A stretch of 64,000 nucleotides of DNA from IMG/VR virus record IMGVR_UViG_3300007102_000044, positions 40,254-104,253 of that record. The stretch is one strand, 5' to 3'. A program made the position numbers and the translations under genes. The notes beneath the pieces are model-generated. The model was given only the letters and a program-made list of their open reading frames with translations, searched no databases and was not told the DNA's origin. This DNA is from a virus. Of the stretch, positions 8,622-18,993 are shown one piece after another (within the stretch, counting starts at the first letter, position 1; each line of letters begins with the position of its first letter).

Positions 8622-9776
8622 TCAATCCCCCATGTTAAGCATCTGTGTATTAAATATAATTCTACCTATTTCACCATAATTTGAATTGTATAAAATCGCT
8701 TTAACTTCACCATACCCTCTGTATCCTTGACTAGCCGACCAACTATCATTTGGTGTCAAATTTTTATGGTGTTCAACAACACAAATAGGACTCTCAAACG
8801 TTTTATTAGTATGCTCATGTCCAAAGTGAAAATATCTAAACTTTGACTCACTGAAATACTCTTGATTATCAAATGCAAATGTTTCACCAGCCCTATTAGC
8901 TTTCAACATATGACCATGTGTAAAACCAAGTATAACTTTACCAACTCTGTGATATTGTTGCATTGCTGGTGATTCATGAACAATCAGTCTATCTTCTTTA
9001 TTAAACCAAGCTGATATATATGATTGTAAATAGATGTTAGCATATTCTGAGTGATTACCAGCAACAGAATAGAAATGAACCTTTTCATATTTCTTAAGTA
9101 GTTTATCACATAGTCTTACCATGCATTTAAAAGCCGTTTTAACCGTTTTATGATGACGGCTATCTGTATCAAGGGCATGACCACTACGACTTCTGTTTTC
9201 ATCGTTAGAACTATGTAAGAAGTCTCCTAAATCACATATAACACACTCTTGTGCGTTTGGTGATGTTTCAATGAGATAGTTTGTAGCCTTTTCAAACCAC
9301 TCTTCAGCAATTTTTAAATCATAATCTTGACCTGTTTCTTCAGCATGTGCAAGCATACCCCAATGTGAGTCTGCTATTGGAAAGAATACTGTCAAATCTT
9401 TATTAGCTGGTTCTTTAAATTCATATGGAATGGGTTCATAAATACCTTCAGCTTCTTGTATAAGCTCTTTAATAGCTTTTTGAACCTTCTGATGGAGTAT
9501 ATCTTTGTTGATGTCTGTTTTAACCCATTCAAGAACCTTTTGACCATCTTTATAAAGAGTTGATTTAGCCTTTACAAAATGACCATCTTCTTCAGCCTGT
9601 TCAGAATACTCTTTAGCTTCGATTGCGGATTTTGCTCTTCTAATATCTCTTTGAATTGTGGTTAATGCACAATCATAATCTTCTGATAATTGGATTATTG
9701 CATCTTGTGGGCATATACCACTGTCAAGCAATTCAATATAATCTTCATATACACTTTCATATTTTCTTTTATTCAT
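8622..9776 (-). CDS. HTH + calcineurin-like metallophosphoesterase
   Basis: ADSHWG, DLGDFLH, GNHS, FTHGH, GHEH; N-terminal TTIQRDIRR helix. Confidence 0.8.
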   Translation of the reverse strand: MNKRKYESVYEDYIELLDSGICPQDAIIQLSEDYDCALTTIQRDIRRAKSAIEAKEYSEQAEEDGHFVKAKSTLYKDGQKVLEWVKTDINKDILHQKVQKAIKELIQEAEGIYEPIPYEFKEPANKDLTVFFPIADSHWGMLAHAEETGQDYDLKIAEEWFEKATNYLIETSPNAQECVICDLGDFLHSSNDENRSRSGHALDTDSRHHKTVKTAFKCMVRLCDKLLKKYEKVHFYSVAGNHSEYANIYLQSYISAWFNKEDRLIVHESPAMQQYHRVGKVILGFTHGHMLKANRAGETFAFDNQEYFSESKFRYFHFGHEHTNKTFESPICVVEHHKNLTPNDSWSASQGYRGYGEVKAILYNSNYGEIGRIIFNTQMLNMGD

Positions 9777-9786
9777 TTATCCCTCA

Positions 9787-10074
9787 TTAAATATAAATCA
9801 AAAAATAATCGTTTTTAAACTGTTCATATAGTTCATTCATTTTATCCATTATGTTCACAATAGATTTTTTCATTGGTGTTCCTTGATTGTAAAAACAATG
9901 CCCACCATTCAGTTCAAATAGATATGTGGTGTCAATGAGTATGCTTTGATTGCCAACGAGTATATCGTCTTTATCTCTCGCATCTTCAAAAACAACATCA
10001 ATATACCTTTTAAACATTTTATAATCTTTCTTATCTACAGTAACATGAACCAATGAATACTTATTGTATGCCAT
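9787..10074 (-). CDS. hypothetical protein
   Basis: 95 aa, coupled. Confidence 0.6.
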   Translation of the reverse strand: MAYNKYSLVHVTVDKKDYKMFKRYIDVVFEDARDKDDILVGNQSILIDTTYLFELNGGHCFYNQGTPMKKSIVNIMDKMNELYEQFKNDYFLIYI

Positions 10075-11371
10075 TTAACTTCTCCAAAAGTATATTTAAA
10101 TCAGCCAGATACAAATCAGTTGCATCAACTTCTTTATAATATTTATACTCTTTTCGAAGTTCAGTTTTATCCTTTTTGATTTTTGCTATGTATGTTTTAT
10201 TAAGTCTACTAATTGATAACCCCATAACAAAATCAATCTGGTCTTCATTCATACCACAAGATTTATAATGTGACCTGATTTGTTTGTCAGTCATATTAAT
10301 AAAATCAGATGGTATGTTTTCAATACCCAGCATATGCGTGTCAAGTCTATCAATCTTTTCCTGAATGACTTTTAACATATATTCTATGCGCTTATAGTAT
10401 ATCTGAATTCTAAAATCAACAAAGTCTCTAATCAAATCTTCAACACAATTGTATACTTTGATTTCCCCATTCTCATCAATAACAGTAATATTTTCATTCA
10501 CGTTAGCTGATAATTTGAGTTTGTCATATATATTAAAATCGGTATCAGCAAGAGTAGCTCTTTTGACTTTAATAGTTATATCCCATTTATCATCTGAATT
10601 ATCTGTGAAATCTTCTATTTCTTTTTTGTTGACAAGTTTATAAAGATATTCAATATACTGTTCTCTGGTTATACCGATTGGTAATTCTGTTACTCTGATT
10701 GTTGTTGTGTTGATAATTTCACATTCTCCATAGCAGGTATACTTATCAATATCACCTTTGAAATCATTATAATATGGTTTGAGAGGTTCTTTGTATCTCA
10801 CACCCGTTAAATCATCTTGAATATACTTTATGATGTCTTTAGGATTATAGTTTGATATGTTTGTTGCAAATCCAACAGCAATACCTTTAGCACCATTCAC
10901 AAGAACCATTGGAATAATCGGATAATAATGTTTTGGTTCTGGGTTCTCAATATTATCAGACTGTTCTAGTATAGCATTATCCAGATATATATAATCCATA
11001 AACTTATTATACTTTGAAAATATATATCGTGGTGATGCATAACCATTAGGAATGATTTGAGAACCAAAACTACCCTTACCAATGAAGTAAGGTATATTGT
11101 TTGAACCACAAAAATCTTGTGTCATCTTTGTTAAAGCTTCTGAAACTGATGTACCACCATGTTCATAATTAGCCTTGTCAATAACTTTACCAGACACCGA
11201 TTCAATCTTTGTAAAATCATGAATACTTCTCATCACATAAAATATCTTTCTCTGAACAGGTTTAAACCCATCAATCATAGATGGAATTGCTCTATGATAT
11301 ATCACGTGATTGCAATACTCTTTGTAGTCATTATCAATTATTTCCGTAATTGATTTGTTTTCAGCTAGCAT
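10061..11371 (-). CDS. gp52: DNA topoisomerase II medium subunit
   Basis: RAIPSMIDGFKPVQRK, YEHG, catalytic ASPRYI, GIAVGFAT, TELP. Confidence 0.95.
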   Translation of the reverse strand: MLAENKSITEIIDNDYKEYCNHVIYHRAIPSMIDGFKPVQRKIFYVMRSIHDFTKIESVSGKVIDKANYEHGGTSVSEALTKMTQDFCGSNNIPYFIGKGSFGSQIIPNGYASPRYIFSKYNKFMDYIYLDNAILEQSDNIENPEPKHYYPIIPMVLVNGAKGIAVGFATNISNYNPKDIIKYIQDDLTGVRYKEPLKPYYNDFKGDIDKYTCYGECEIINTTTIRVTELPIGITREQYIEYLYKLVNKKEIEDFTDNSDDKWDITIKVKRATLADTDFNIYDKLKLSANVNENITVIDENGEIKVYNCVEDLIRDFVDFRIQIYYKRIEYMLKVIQEKIDRLDTHMLGIENIPSDFINMTDKQIRSHYKSCGMNEDQIDFVMGLSISRLNKTYIAKIKKDKTELRKEYKYYKEVDATDLYLADLNILLEKLNGIQ

Positions 11372-11380
11372 ATTATAACC

Positions 11381-11833
11381 TTATACTTCAAATATTCTTG
11401 GGTCAAAATCATTATAATCTTTAATAACCATGAAAGCCTTTGTTGCTATAAATGGATGTTTTTCAATGACTTCTTTATTTGATGTTATGACTACAAATGG
11501 TTTACCAGCTTTAATACACATACCCATTTCAAGTAATGTTCCAATACACGGATAACCATCATTCATAGCTTCAATATTGAATACACATACATCAGATTTT
11601 TCAATAGCATAATTATCAGATTCAAAAATCATTGTGTTTGTCACTGGAATCCTTTTAGCATGAAGTTCTTTATGTTTGTCACATGGGTCAAGAAATTTAT
11701 AATCAACGCCACCCCAAACAAATTTAATACGACTTCTCCATTCAACATCTTCCTTATAAAACTCAAGTTCATCTGGTTTCATAAAATCTTTATTAGGGTT
11801 TCGCATAGCACCACCCAAATAAAATGTTATCAT
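11381..11833 (-). CDS. nucleoside 2-deoxyribosyltransferase / nucleotide N-hydrolase family
   Basis: FYLGG, D..AIEKSDVCV, GTLLEMG, GKP. Confidence 0.75.
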   Translation of the reverse strand: MITFYLGGAMRNPNKDFMKPDELEFYKEDVEWRSRIKFVWGGVDYKFLDPCDKHKELHAKRIPVTNTMIFESDNYAIEKSDVCVFNIEAMNDGYPCIGTLLEMGMCIKAGKPFVVITSNKEVIEKHPFIATKAFMVIKDYNDFDPRIFEV

Positions 11834-11896
11834 ATAATATCCTCCTTATAAAACTTATATCAAAAATATAAGGTGTAGCTTATATTTAATTTTTAT

Positions 11897-11925
11897 AGTC
11901 TACACCTTATAAAAATATATGTCAA
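11897..11925 (-). promoter_or_regulatory. sigma70-type promoter within 12-bp inverted repeat
   Basis: TTGACA-17-TAGACT. Confidence 0.75.
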
Positions 11926-11934
11926 TAGTAAATA

Positions 11935-14232
11935 TTAACTACACTTACTATGACCACATTCATAACATATGTCACACCCACCCTGTTTAGAGTAAGCTTG
12001 CTTACCACATGATGGACATATTTCATACACAGTTTCTTCCTTTTCCTCTTCAGAATCATCAGATTCATCTATAATAGGATATTGTTTAAGCACCCTATGA
12101 AGTATATTACCAAGATGAAACATTGCGTAAGAAGACTTTTTAAGCTGTTTCATAACCTCTTCTAAATCAATGCTATATCTAAGACAAAGTGATATAAGTC
12201 TACAAATCGTGTGCCAGTATGACATTCTTTCCATAAATATATCTTGTCTCCACTCATCACTATTCATATCAAGGAAACCAGCCTCATAAGGAAGTTGACT
12301 GAATATTTCAAGCGGATATCCTTCCTCATCCAACACAACATTGATATAAACCTTAATACCCTTCCATATAACAATATGTCTTTTAGCATCTTCAAGGTCA
12401 AACAGTTCTTTTTCAACTGGTATATGTGTTAAAACACCTTCTTCTGGTTTAGATTGTTCAGGTTTATCACCATCAATTGATAGAATTGGTGAAAGTGAAC
12501 ATTTATCCCTATAACATGTAACACCTTTAAGACCACTCATCCACGCAGTCATGTAAATATCCTTAAAAGCACCAATACTGATATTCTCAGGGCAATTGAT
12601 AGTTTTAGAAATAGCTGTATCAACATATTTCTGACAAATCGCTTGCATCTTTACATGGTCTAATGGATTTATTTCATGTGCTGTTTCAAAATAATCAGGG
12701 ACTTCATTTGTTTCACCAAACATATCTGTATATTCTTTCCAAGCATAATTTTTAACCTTTTCTGGAATGAATTCACCATTATCCTGACGAATCTTTCTCT
12801 CAAATTCAAGCCCGAAAATAGGCTCTATACCTGAACTACAGTTATTAAGAAATAGACTCATTGTTCCAGTTGGTGCGATTGAAAGTACACGACTGTTTCT
12901 AAGACCATTCTCTTTAATCATTTCAATAGTTTCATCTAACAGAACACCACTTTGCACAAAACCATTATTTAAAAATTCATCAACATCAAACAGTTCAAAA
13001 CTACCTTTATCACGTGCTATTTTACTTGACTTTTGATATGCAATGTTAACCATGTTAAACATGACACCTTCGACTAGATTTCTTGCTTCTTGTGATGAAT
13101 ATCTTAGTTTCATTTTTGCAAGCATATCACCAAGACCTGTTATACCAAGACCTATCTGTCTTTTGTTTTTAGTCTCTTCGTATTGTTCTGATAATGGATA
13201 CCAATTTTTATCAAGTATATTATCAAGCCCTTCTACCATCATTTCAATCACTTTAGACATCTCAATATAATCAATATATGAGTCATCCGAAAATGGATTC
13301 TTTACAAATTTTGAAAGGTTTATAGAACCTAGATTACAACTTCCATATGGGTAAAGTGGTTGTTCACCACAAGGATTAGTTGTATCAATCCATTCACCAG
13401 TATAAGCAAGTGTATTCATTTCATTCACTGTATCAATAAAAATTAATGCTGGTTCTGCATAGTTATAATTTGATAGAGAAATTTTATCGAATATTTCTCT
13501 CGCTTTCATTGTTCCATATGATTTAATTGGAAGTCCTCTATCTCTCCATTCTTTGATATTACCACCGAGTTTACCAAATACCCATTGTTCTTTATACTCA
13601 GGACATGTAACATCAGGAAATATAAATTCCCAATCTTTATCATTATCAACAGCATCCATAAATTCATCTGATGCAAGAATTGAAAGATTGAAATTTTTTA
13701 AACTTCCATCTCTTTTACATTCAATAAATCTAAGAATATCAGGGTGATAGATAGATAATGTTGCCATCATTGCACCACGCCTTGAACCACCGCTAATTAT
13801 AGTTCCACACATTGCATCAAAGATGTACATAAATGAAACAGCACCAGAAGACTTTCCACCAGTTGTAGTAAGTATTGCGTCTGTTGGTCTAAGAATTGAG
13901 AAACTCATTCCAATACCACCACCAGCTTTAAGAATCAATGCGCCTTCAGAAACACAGTCCATAATAGATTGCATTGAATCTGCTTTAATTGATATTGTAA
14001 AACAGTTTGAAAGTGTTGTAAAACCTTTACCAGTTCCAAGCGCATACATGATGCGCCCACCAAATGCTGATTCATGATTAGCAAGTGTTTGTTCTATACC
14101 ATCAACATCAACACCGTTACCAAGTCTTTGATAAAACCCCGCTTCTGTTTCTTTATAATAATCATTTCCTCTATGTTCTTTAAATTGATATTTTTTATCA
14201 AATATTTCTTTGGATATGTTTTGTTCTAGCAC
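11935..14232 (-). CDS. nrdJ: class II adenosylcobalamin-dependent ribonucleotide reductase
   Basis: LSNCF, RRGA, FNLS, TNPCGEQPL, SCNLGS, IAPTGT; C-terminal Zn ribbon; no nrdB/nrdG adjacent. Confidence 0.9.
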   Translation of the reverse strand: MLEQNISKEIFDKKYQFKEHRGNDYYKETEAGFYQRLGNGVDVDGIEQTLANHESAFGGRIMYALGTGKGFTTLSNCFTISIKADSMQSIMDCVSEGALILKAGGGIGMSFSILRPTDAILTTTGGKSSGAVSFMYIFDAMCGTIISGGSRRGAMMATLSIYHPDILRFIECKRDGSLKNFNLSILASDEFMDAVDNDKDWEFIFPDVTCPEYKEQWVFGKLGGNIKEWRDRGLPIKSYGTMKAREIFDKISLSNYNYAEPALIFIDTVNEMNTLAYTGEWIDTTNPCGEQPLYPYGSCNLGSINLSKFVKNPFSDDSYIDYIEMSKVIEMMVEGLDNILDKNWYPLSEQYEETKNKRQIGLGITGLGDMLAKMKLRYSSQEARNLVEGVMFNMVNIAYQKSSKIARDKGSFELFDVDEFLNNGFVQSGVLLDETIEMIKENGLRNSRVLSIAPTGTMSLFLNNCSSGIEPIFGLEFERKIRQDNGEFIPEKVKNYAWKEYTDMFGETNEVPDYFETAHEINPLDHVKMQAICQKYVDTAISKTINCPENISIGAFKDIYMTAWMSGLKGVTCYRDKCSLSPILSIDGDKPEQSKPEEGVLTHIPVEKELFDLEDAKRHIVIWKGIKVYINVVLDEEGYPLEIFSQLPYEAGFLDMNSDEWRQDIFMERMSYWHTICRLISLCLRYSIDLEEVMKQLKKSSYAMFHLGNILHRVLKQYPIIDESDDSEEEKEETVYEICPSCGKQAYSKQGGCDICYECGHSKCS

Positions 14233-14444
14233 TTAAATTTACCCCCCTTACCATAACCATTCTTATAACTAAATCCATTAATCTTAAATTCTGATTTGTT
14301 ATCTCTCCAATCACGTTCAATATTAGCACCACATTCAGGGCACTTTTCAGACTCCATAATAGTTTCTAATTGTGAGTGGGTACAAATATACTCTTTAGTA
14401 TATTCACATTCTTTGTTTGCACATTTAACGTCATATGCTGGCAT
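14226..14444 (-). CDS. FmdB-family zinc-ribbon protein
   Basis: MPAYDVKC..C...CPECG...FKING. Confidence 0.75.
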   Translation of the reverse strand: MPAYDVKCANKECEYTKEYICTHSQLETIMESEKCPECGANIERDWRDNKSEFKINGFSYKNGYGKGGKFKC

Positions 14445-14468
14445 AATCCCTCCTATATAATAAAAATT

Positions 14469-16304
14469 TTATTCGTATAAAACACTATCACCAAGTAACC
14501 ATGATTTTCTTGATTCTGCATCTTTACCAAAGGCTAATTCTAATGAGTATTGACTAAGATTGTCAATACTTACTTTTATGTATTTTGGATTGTGCATAAT
14601 ATCATAGTATTGGTCTTTTGACAATGAGCCAAGACCTTTGTTATATTCTAAAATCTTGATAACATTTGATTTATCATTCATATACTCTTGATAAGTATAA
14701 TATGTTTTTTCTCCGTTAACAGTATCAGCTATTATCAACGGACTAAGTATTATATTTATCTTTCCCTGCTCAAACAAATCAGTCCAATATTTATAAAAGA
14801 AATTGAGTAATTGAGCAATGATACTTTGACCATCAATATCAGCATCACAAAGGATATTGATTTGTCCATACCTACATGAACTAATATCTGGGTCTGTTAA
14901 TCTCAATCCCATAATGGATAATAGATTTTGAATCTCTTTATTCTTAATAATATCAGTATCACCTTTTTTAAGGACATTCATAAACTTTCCTCTAAGTGGG
15001 AAAATTGCATGGTGTTCTTTATCTCTAACTGATAATGCTCTGGATACAGCCGAATCACCTTCAGATATAAACAGTGAACAATCTTCTCTAAACTTTGAAT
15101 TTGCTTCAACGAGTTTTGGGACTTCAACTTTTTGTATAGAGTTTTCCTTTTTAGCAAGCTCTTTTCTCTTTTTAAGCTCTTCTTTAACCCTATAAGCATC
15201 TATAATATTGTTCTTATATTCTTTAAATACAGATAGCTTATCGACTATCTCACAGCCAAAATAAACATCACCTATGTATGTTCCAAGACCATTAAAATCA
15301 TTCAAATATTCTTTAGTCTGTGAATCAAATCTTGGTGCGATAACATTATTCATAACATATATCACAAATGTTTTATTCTTAATATCAGCTGGTTTGATTT
15401 CTTTATACTTCTTACCAAAGACTTCTCTCAGGTCATCAGATAATTTCGCCATAAGATAATGTATATGGATGCCACCACGCTTACATTCAATACCATTGAC
15501 AAATGATACTGACTGAAATTCATCAGTTGGTAATATAGCTAATTTTGAATCTTCAGTTTCAAATATTTTGAAATCATTTCCATACATTTTAACATAGTCT
15601 TTAAAGGTTTTAGTCTGTAATTTCTTACCATTGTATGTAAATGTAATTTGTGGATAGCAAGCGGATAAATCAAGTATACGCTTGTATATAAGATTTATAT
15701 GAACACCATCAAGTTCATCTATTCCAAAAAATTTATAGTCTGGAACGAATGATACTTTGGTGTATTTCTTACGAGATTTTTTAATATCATATGTCATGTT
15801 TGAAAGATTATCAGAGCATGATAATATGGTACGTTCTTTTCCATTGGATGTATCAACATCAAATGATTTTGAAAAGATATTAACAAGGCTAACACCTTCA
15901 CCATTTTGACCAATTGAACTTGAATCATCATCAAATTTTGAACCCGCTCTAAGTGATGTAAAAGCCACAACAGACATCGGAAGTCCAGTTTTAGGTTCTA
16001 TATCGGTTTTTAGACCACATCCATTATCTGTAATGATGATTTCAAAATTATCATCAACAGTCACATCAATTTTATTAGCATACTCAAAATTAGTTTTGAT
16101 TGCAACGTCAACTGAGTTTGAAATAACTTCATCAAACAGTTTAATCAATGCTGGTATATATTCCACGTTTTGAAATGTGAAATAATCATCCCCCATGTTA
16201 TAATACCAGATGTCTTGGTCTGTTAGTGTTGTAACACCAATATAACGAGATGAACGTTTCAGGACATGTTCTAAATCTGACAAAACTTGTATATCATCTA
16301 ACAA
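14469..16304 (-). CDS. gp39: DNA topoisomerase II large subunit (gp39+gp60 fused)
   Basis: EVISNSVD, GQNGEG, ISEGDSA, PLRGK, DADIDG, YNKGLGS; TTG start. Confidence 0.95.
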   Translation of the reverse strand: MLDDIQVLSDLEHVLKRSSRYIGVTTLTDQDIWYYNMGDDYFTFQNVEYIPALIKLFDEVISNSVDVAIKTNFEYANKIDVTVDDNFEIIITDNGCGLKTDIEPKTGLPMSVVAFTSLRAGSKFDDDSSSIGQNGEGVSLVNIFSKSFDVDTSNGKERTILSCSDNLSNMTYDIKKSRKKYTKVSFVPDYKFFGIDELDGVHINLIYKRILDLSACYPQITFTYNGKKLQTKTFKDYVKMYGNDFKIFETEDSKLAILPTDEFQSVSFVNGIECKRGGIHIHYLMAKLSDDLREVFGKKYKEIKPADIKNKTFVIYVMNNVIAPRFDSQTKEYLNDFNGLGTYIGDVYFGCEIVDKLSVFKEYKNNIIDAYRVKEELKKRKELAKKENSIQKVEVPKLVEANSKFREDCSLFISEGDSAVSRALSVRDKEHHAIFPLRGKFMNVLKKGDTDIIKNKEIQNLLSIMGLRLTDPDISSCRYGQINILCDADIDGQSIIAQLLNFFYKYWTDLFEQGKINIILSPLIIADTVNGEKTYYTYQEYMNDKSNVIKILEYNKGLGSLSKDQYYDIMHNPKYIKVSIDNLSQYSLELAFGKDAESRKSWLLGDSVLYE

Positions 16305-16335
16305 TTATCTTACCTCTCTTTATATATTTTTCATA

Positions 16336-16364
16336 TTTATATCACTTATAAATATGTTTGTCAA
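16336..16364 (-). promoter_or_regulatory. sigma70-type promoter
   Basis: TTGACA-17-TATAAA. Confidence 0.75.
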
Positions 16365-16372
16365 ATAAAAAT

Positions 16373-16427
16373 GTTTCACCCCATAAAAAATATCATACAA
16401 TGTATAATATAAGGAATAGGGTGAAAC
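16373..16427 (-). terminator. large-loop stem before promoter
   Basis: GTTTCACCC...GGGTGAAAC then ATTTTTATT. Confidence 0.45.
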
Positions 16428-16471
16428 GTGAATCAAATATTTATGCAATTTGCGTTATTCAATCTGCATAA

Positions 16472-16654
16472 TTAATCTTCCATCATCTGAATACATCCCT
16501 GACAGTCATTACAGATAAAGTCATTTAGGTATTTTGAAAACCTTTCATCATCTATTTCAAATGGTTCTTCACCATGTTCCATACAATAAGGTTTACCACA
16601 TATATTACAATGATGAATAATTTCAGATGAACCACAATAATAACATTCAGTCAT
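16472..16654 (-). CDS. small Cys/His zinc-finger protein (AN1-like)
   Basis: CYYC, CNIC..YCMEH, CNDC; start moved to MTEC. Confidence 0.6.
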   Translation of the reverse strand: MTECYYCGSSEIIHHCNICGKPYCMEHGEEPFEIDDERFSKYLNDFICNDCQGCIQMMED

Positions 16655-16664
16655 CTGTAAATTT

Positions 16665-17723
16665 TTAATCTTCCCCATCAGAATCATCCTCATAAATTTC
16701 TTCAGGATTGATATATCGTTTCTCAAATACAGAATCAATTATTTTGATTACCTCATGATGGTCAATTCCAAATCTGTCTTCACCCTTTCTTGCATATTCC
16801 ATCATAGCATCAATAAAAGGTTTCATATACAGAACATCAACACCCACAAGCTGTTCATACATAGTCTTAATATCATAAAGGTCAAGTCTATCTATTTGGT
16901 AGACCATTTTAAGGATTTCACCCACATTAATAAACCATCCTCTTTTGATAAATTTTCTCATTCTGAAAAGACTTGCAATTGGGAATTTTGAACCCGTATA
17001 CTTAAGTTCTTTATTAAGTACACATTTAAGTGATTCAATGTTAATTACTACACCAGTTGAATAAGTCCAATACATTTTAGTATGCTGATAATCATAGTTT
17101 GAAATAATTATTTCAGGATTTCCATAAAACCTAAGTATAAGCTGTATATCGTTTTCAAGTGATATAGCATTATCAGTTATACAAACAGGTTTGTATGGTT
17201 TATCAGTCATATTCTTATTATATTTTACCTTTGTAATACCTGATGATGGTGTAAAACATTTGACCTGATATCTAACATCTTTAAAAGGTTCTGCTGTGTA
17301 CTGTAGTGGAAGGTCAAAATCACTGAGTTCATGATAGTTACATCCATAAAACATATGCACACCTTCATCATAATCATTATCAACAGACCATTTAATATCT
17401 TTATCATTCTCAGAATCATAAATCATTACTCTAAGGTCATTTTTATCACCATAATTGTTTGTATGGTCTCTGAATTTATTTCTTGCCGATGATTTGGTTA
17501 TAGCATAGTTGCAATAATAATTAGCAACATCAATTAACACGTTAATATCTTTGAAATAAATATCATAATCATTGACTTCTTCATCCAGTAACATTGATGT
17601 AATACATCCACCAGATACAACAATATTATCCAGAATTCTAGTTCTAAGAGTTTTATCTTCAATAGATTTAATCCAACTTTGAACCTTATAATAAATCCTT
17701 TTATCTATTTGTTTCTGTATCAT
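16665..17723 (-). CDS. nucleotidyltransferase-fold protein
   Basis: VVSGGCITS...NDYDIYF, NYDY.H, SLFRMRKFIKRGW. Confidence 0.6.
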   Translation of the reverse strand: MIQKQIDKRIYYKVQSWIKSIEDKTLRTRILDNIVVSGGCITSMLLDEEVNDYDIYFKDINVLIDVANYYCNYAITKSSARNKFRDHTNNYGDKNDLRVMIYDSENDKDIKWSVDNDYDEGVHMFYGCNYHELSDFDLPLQYTAEPFKDVRYQVKCFTPSSGITKVKYNKNMTDKPYKPVCITDNAISLENDIQLILRFYGNPEIIISNYDYQHTKMYWTYSTGVVINIESLKCVLNKELKYTGSKFPIASLFRMRKFIKRGWFINVGEILKMVYQIDRLDLYDIKTMYEQLVGVDVLYMKPFIDAMMEYARKGEDRFGIDHHEVIKIIDSVFEKRYINPEEIYEDDSDGED

Positions 17724-18310
17724 TAGATTCCCCCATGTTTAATTGCTCTGGATATTACAGCACCAGATTCATCTTTCTTTTCTTTAATATAAGCATCTGG
17801 TATGTGTGTGACTGCTTCAGCAACAGAATAGCTTCCATCTGGATTTCTTTGTTGTGTTGTCACCTGAACAACAACCGATGTCTGTAACATACCTTCAACT
17901 TGCATAGCCTTTGTTGATTTCATCCACCCTTCATTCTCAGACGATGCTTTAGAAATAAGTTTAAATGTATCACCATCACCCCAGAACTGAATGTCCTTTA
18001 CATTCTTTTTAGCACCATTGCTATCAGTATTAGCAAGTGATTTAGTTGTTTTTGGTTCTTCATCTTCAACAAAATCATATGTTTTAAGAAATATTTCTTC
18101 CTTACACGGATAAAATTCACCATTAACACCTTTAATAATATAATCACCTACATCAGCTTTCATAACACCCTCAAGTGTTTTAATTAAAAGACAATCTCCA
18201 TCTGGTGTAGAATTATATGTACAATTTTCAACACCAATAAATGATACTATGGATGGTGAACCCGTCCATTGCATAGCCTCTACTTCAACAGGTTTCTTTC
18301 TTACTTTCAT
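17723..18310 (-). CDS. two-domain phage protein (PGDYG-like N-domain)
   Basis: RKKPVEVEAMQW...IKTLEG...GDYIIKGVNGEFYPCK..IF..TY plus second domain. Confidence 0.7.
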   Translation of the reverse strand: MKVRKKPVEVEAMQWTGSPSIVSFIGVENCTYNSTPDGDCLLIKTLEGVMKADVGDYIIKGVNGEFYPCKEEIFLKTYDFVEDEEPKTTKSLANTDSNGAKKNVKDIQFWGDGDTFKLISKASSENEGWMKSTKAMQVEGMLQTSVVVQVTTQQRNPDGSYSVAEAVTHIPDAYIKEKKDESGAVISRAIKHGGI

Positions 18311-18333
18311 AACACCCTCCCTTTTACTAAGAA

Positions 18334-18519
18334 TTATTTCAATACTCTGTTTAACACTGGATGTTGGGAAAAATTTGTTATTACTTCTTTAACCCTGTAT
18401 TCAGTTCCAGTATATGTGACAATTTCACCCCTATTTGGGATAAACTCAACCTCTTCACCATTCATTATAAATAATCCGTGTTTTGTTGTACCCTTCTCTT
18501 CAATAAAACTAATTTTCAT
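18334..18519 (-). CDS. hypothetical protein
   Basis: 61 aa with SD. Confidence 0.6.
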   Translation of the reverse strand: MKISFIEEKGTTKHGLFIMNGEEVEFIPNRGEIVTYTGTEYRVKEVITNFSQHPVLNRVLK

Positions 18520-18521
18520 AC

Positions 18522-18764
18522 TTATACCTCCTTAAATGTTTCATTAATATGATTCTTTATATCATCTTTTATTATATCTGTCAATTTTTCAACTATATAA
18601 TCTTTATATTCATTGATATCAAATTCATCTGGGTTATTACCAATACATTCAATGCCTTCTCTGATGAAATCTTTTATACCATAAATGTTTGAATCTATTT
18701 TACAAGCAAATTCAAACTCATCATCTATAAAATTGTCAATATCTGTTATAATGTCTTTATTCAT
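18522..18764 (-). CDS. hypothetical protein
   Basis: 80 aa. Confidence 0.6.
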   Translation of the reverse strand: MNKDIITDIDNFIDDEFEFACKIDSNIYGIKDFIREGIECIGNNPDEFDINEYKDYIVEKLTDIIKDDIKNHINETFKEV

Positions 18765-18993
18765 TTGAATCCTCTTTAAATTCTATCTTTATATAACCTT
18801 CAATGTCATAAGCACAATAATAATCTCTATTCATTATATCACCCGTTGACCAATCGCCAACTTCAGCACCGTTACATTCATAATCAGGCATTTCATAATT
18901 CATATATTTTATATCGCCACGATATATAACCATATATTCACCAGATTCTTTTGGTCTACAACCTTTGTTAAATTTTATCATATCTATCACCAT
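18757..18993 (-). CDS. hypothetical protein (DUF551-like)
   Basis: PKESGEYMV motif. Confidence 0.5.
   Translation of the reverse strand: MVIDMIKFNKGCRPKESGEYMVIYRGDIKYMNYEMPDYECNGAEVGDWSTGDIMNRDYYCAYDIEGYIKIEFKEDSNE

Noticed and set aside
14751-14760. GATAAATA inside the topoisomerase gene
   Set aside because: Within coding sequence ~300 nt from the next start; likely chance.
14469-16304. T4-style gene 60 translational bypass or split topoisomerase
   Set aside because: gp39 and gp60 parts form one continuous ORF, the usual state outside T4.
16428-16475. 15-codon plus-strand ORF with AGGA upstream
   Set aside because: Too short to support, and it overlaps a terminator-like stem.
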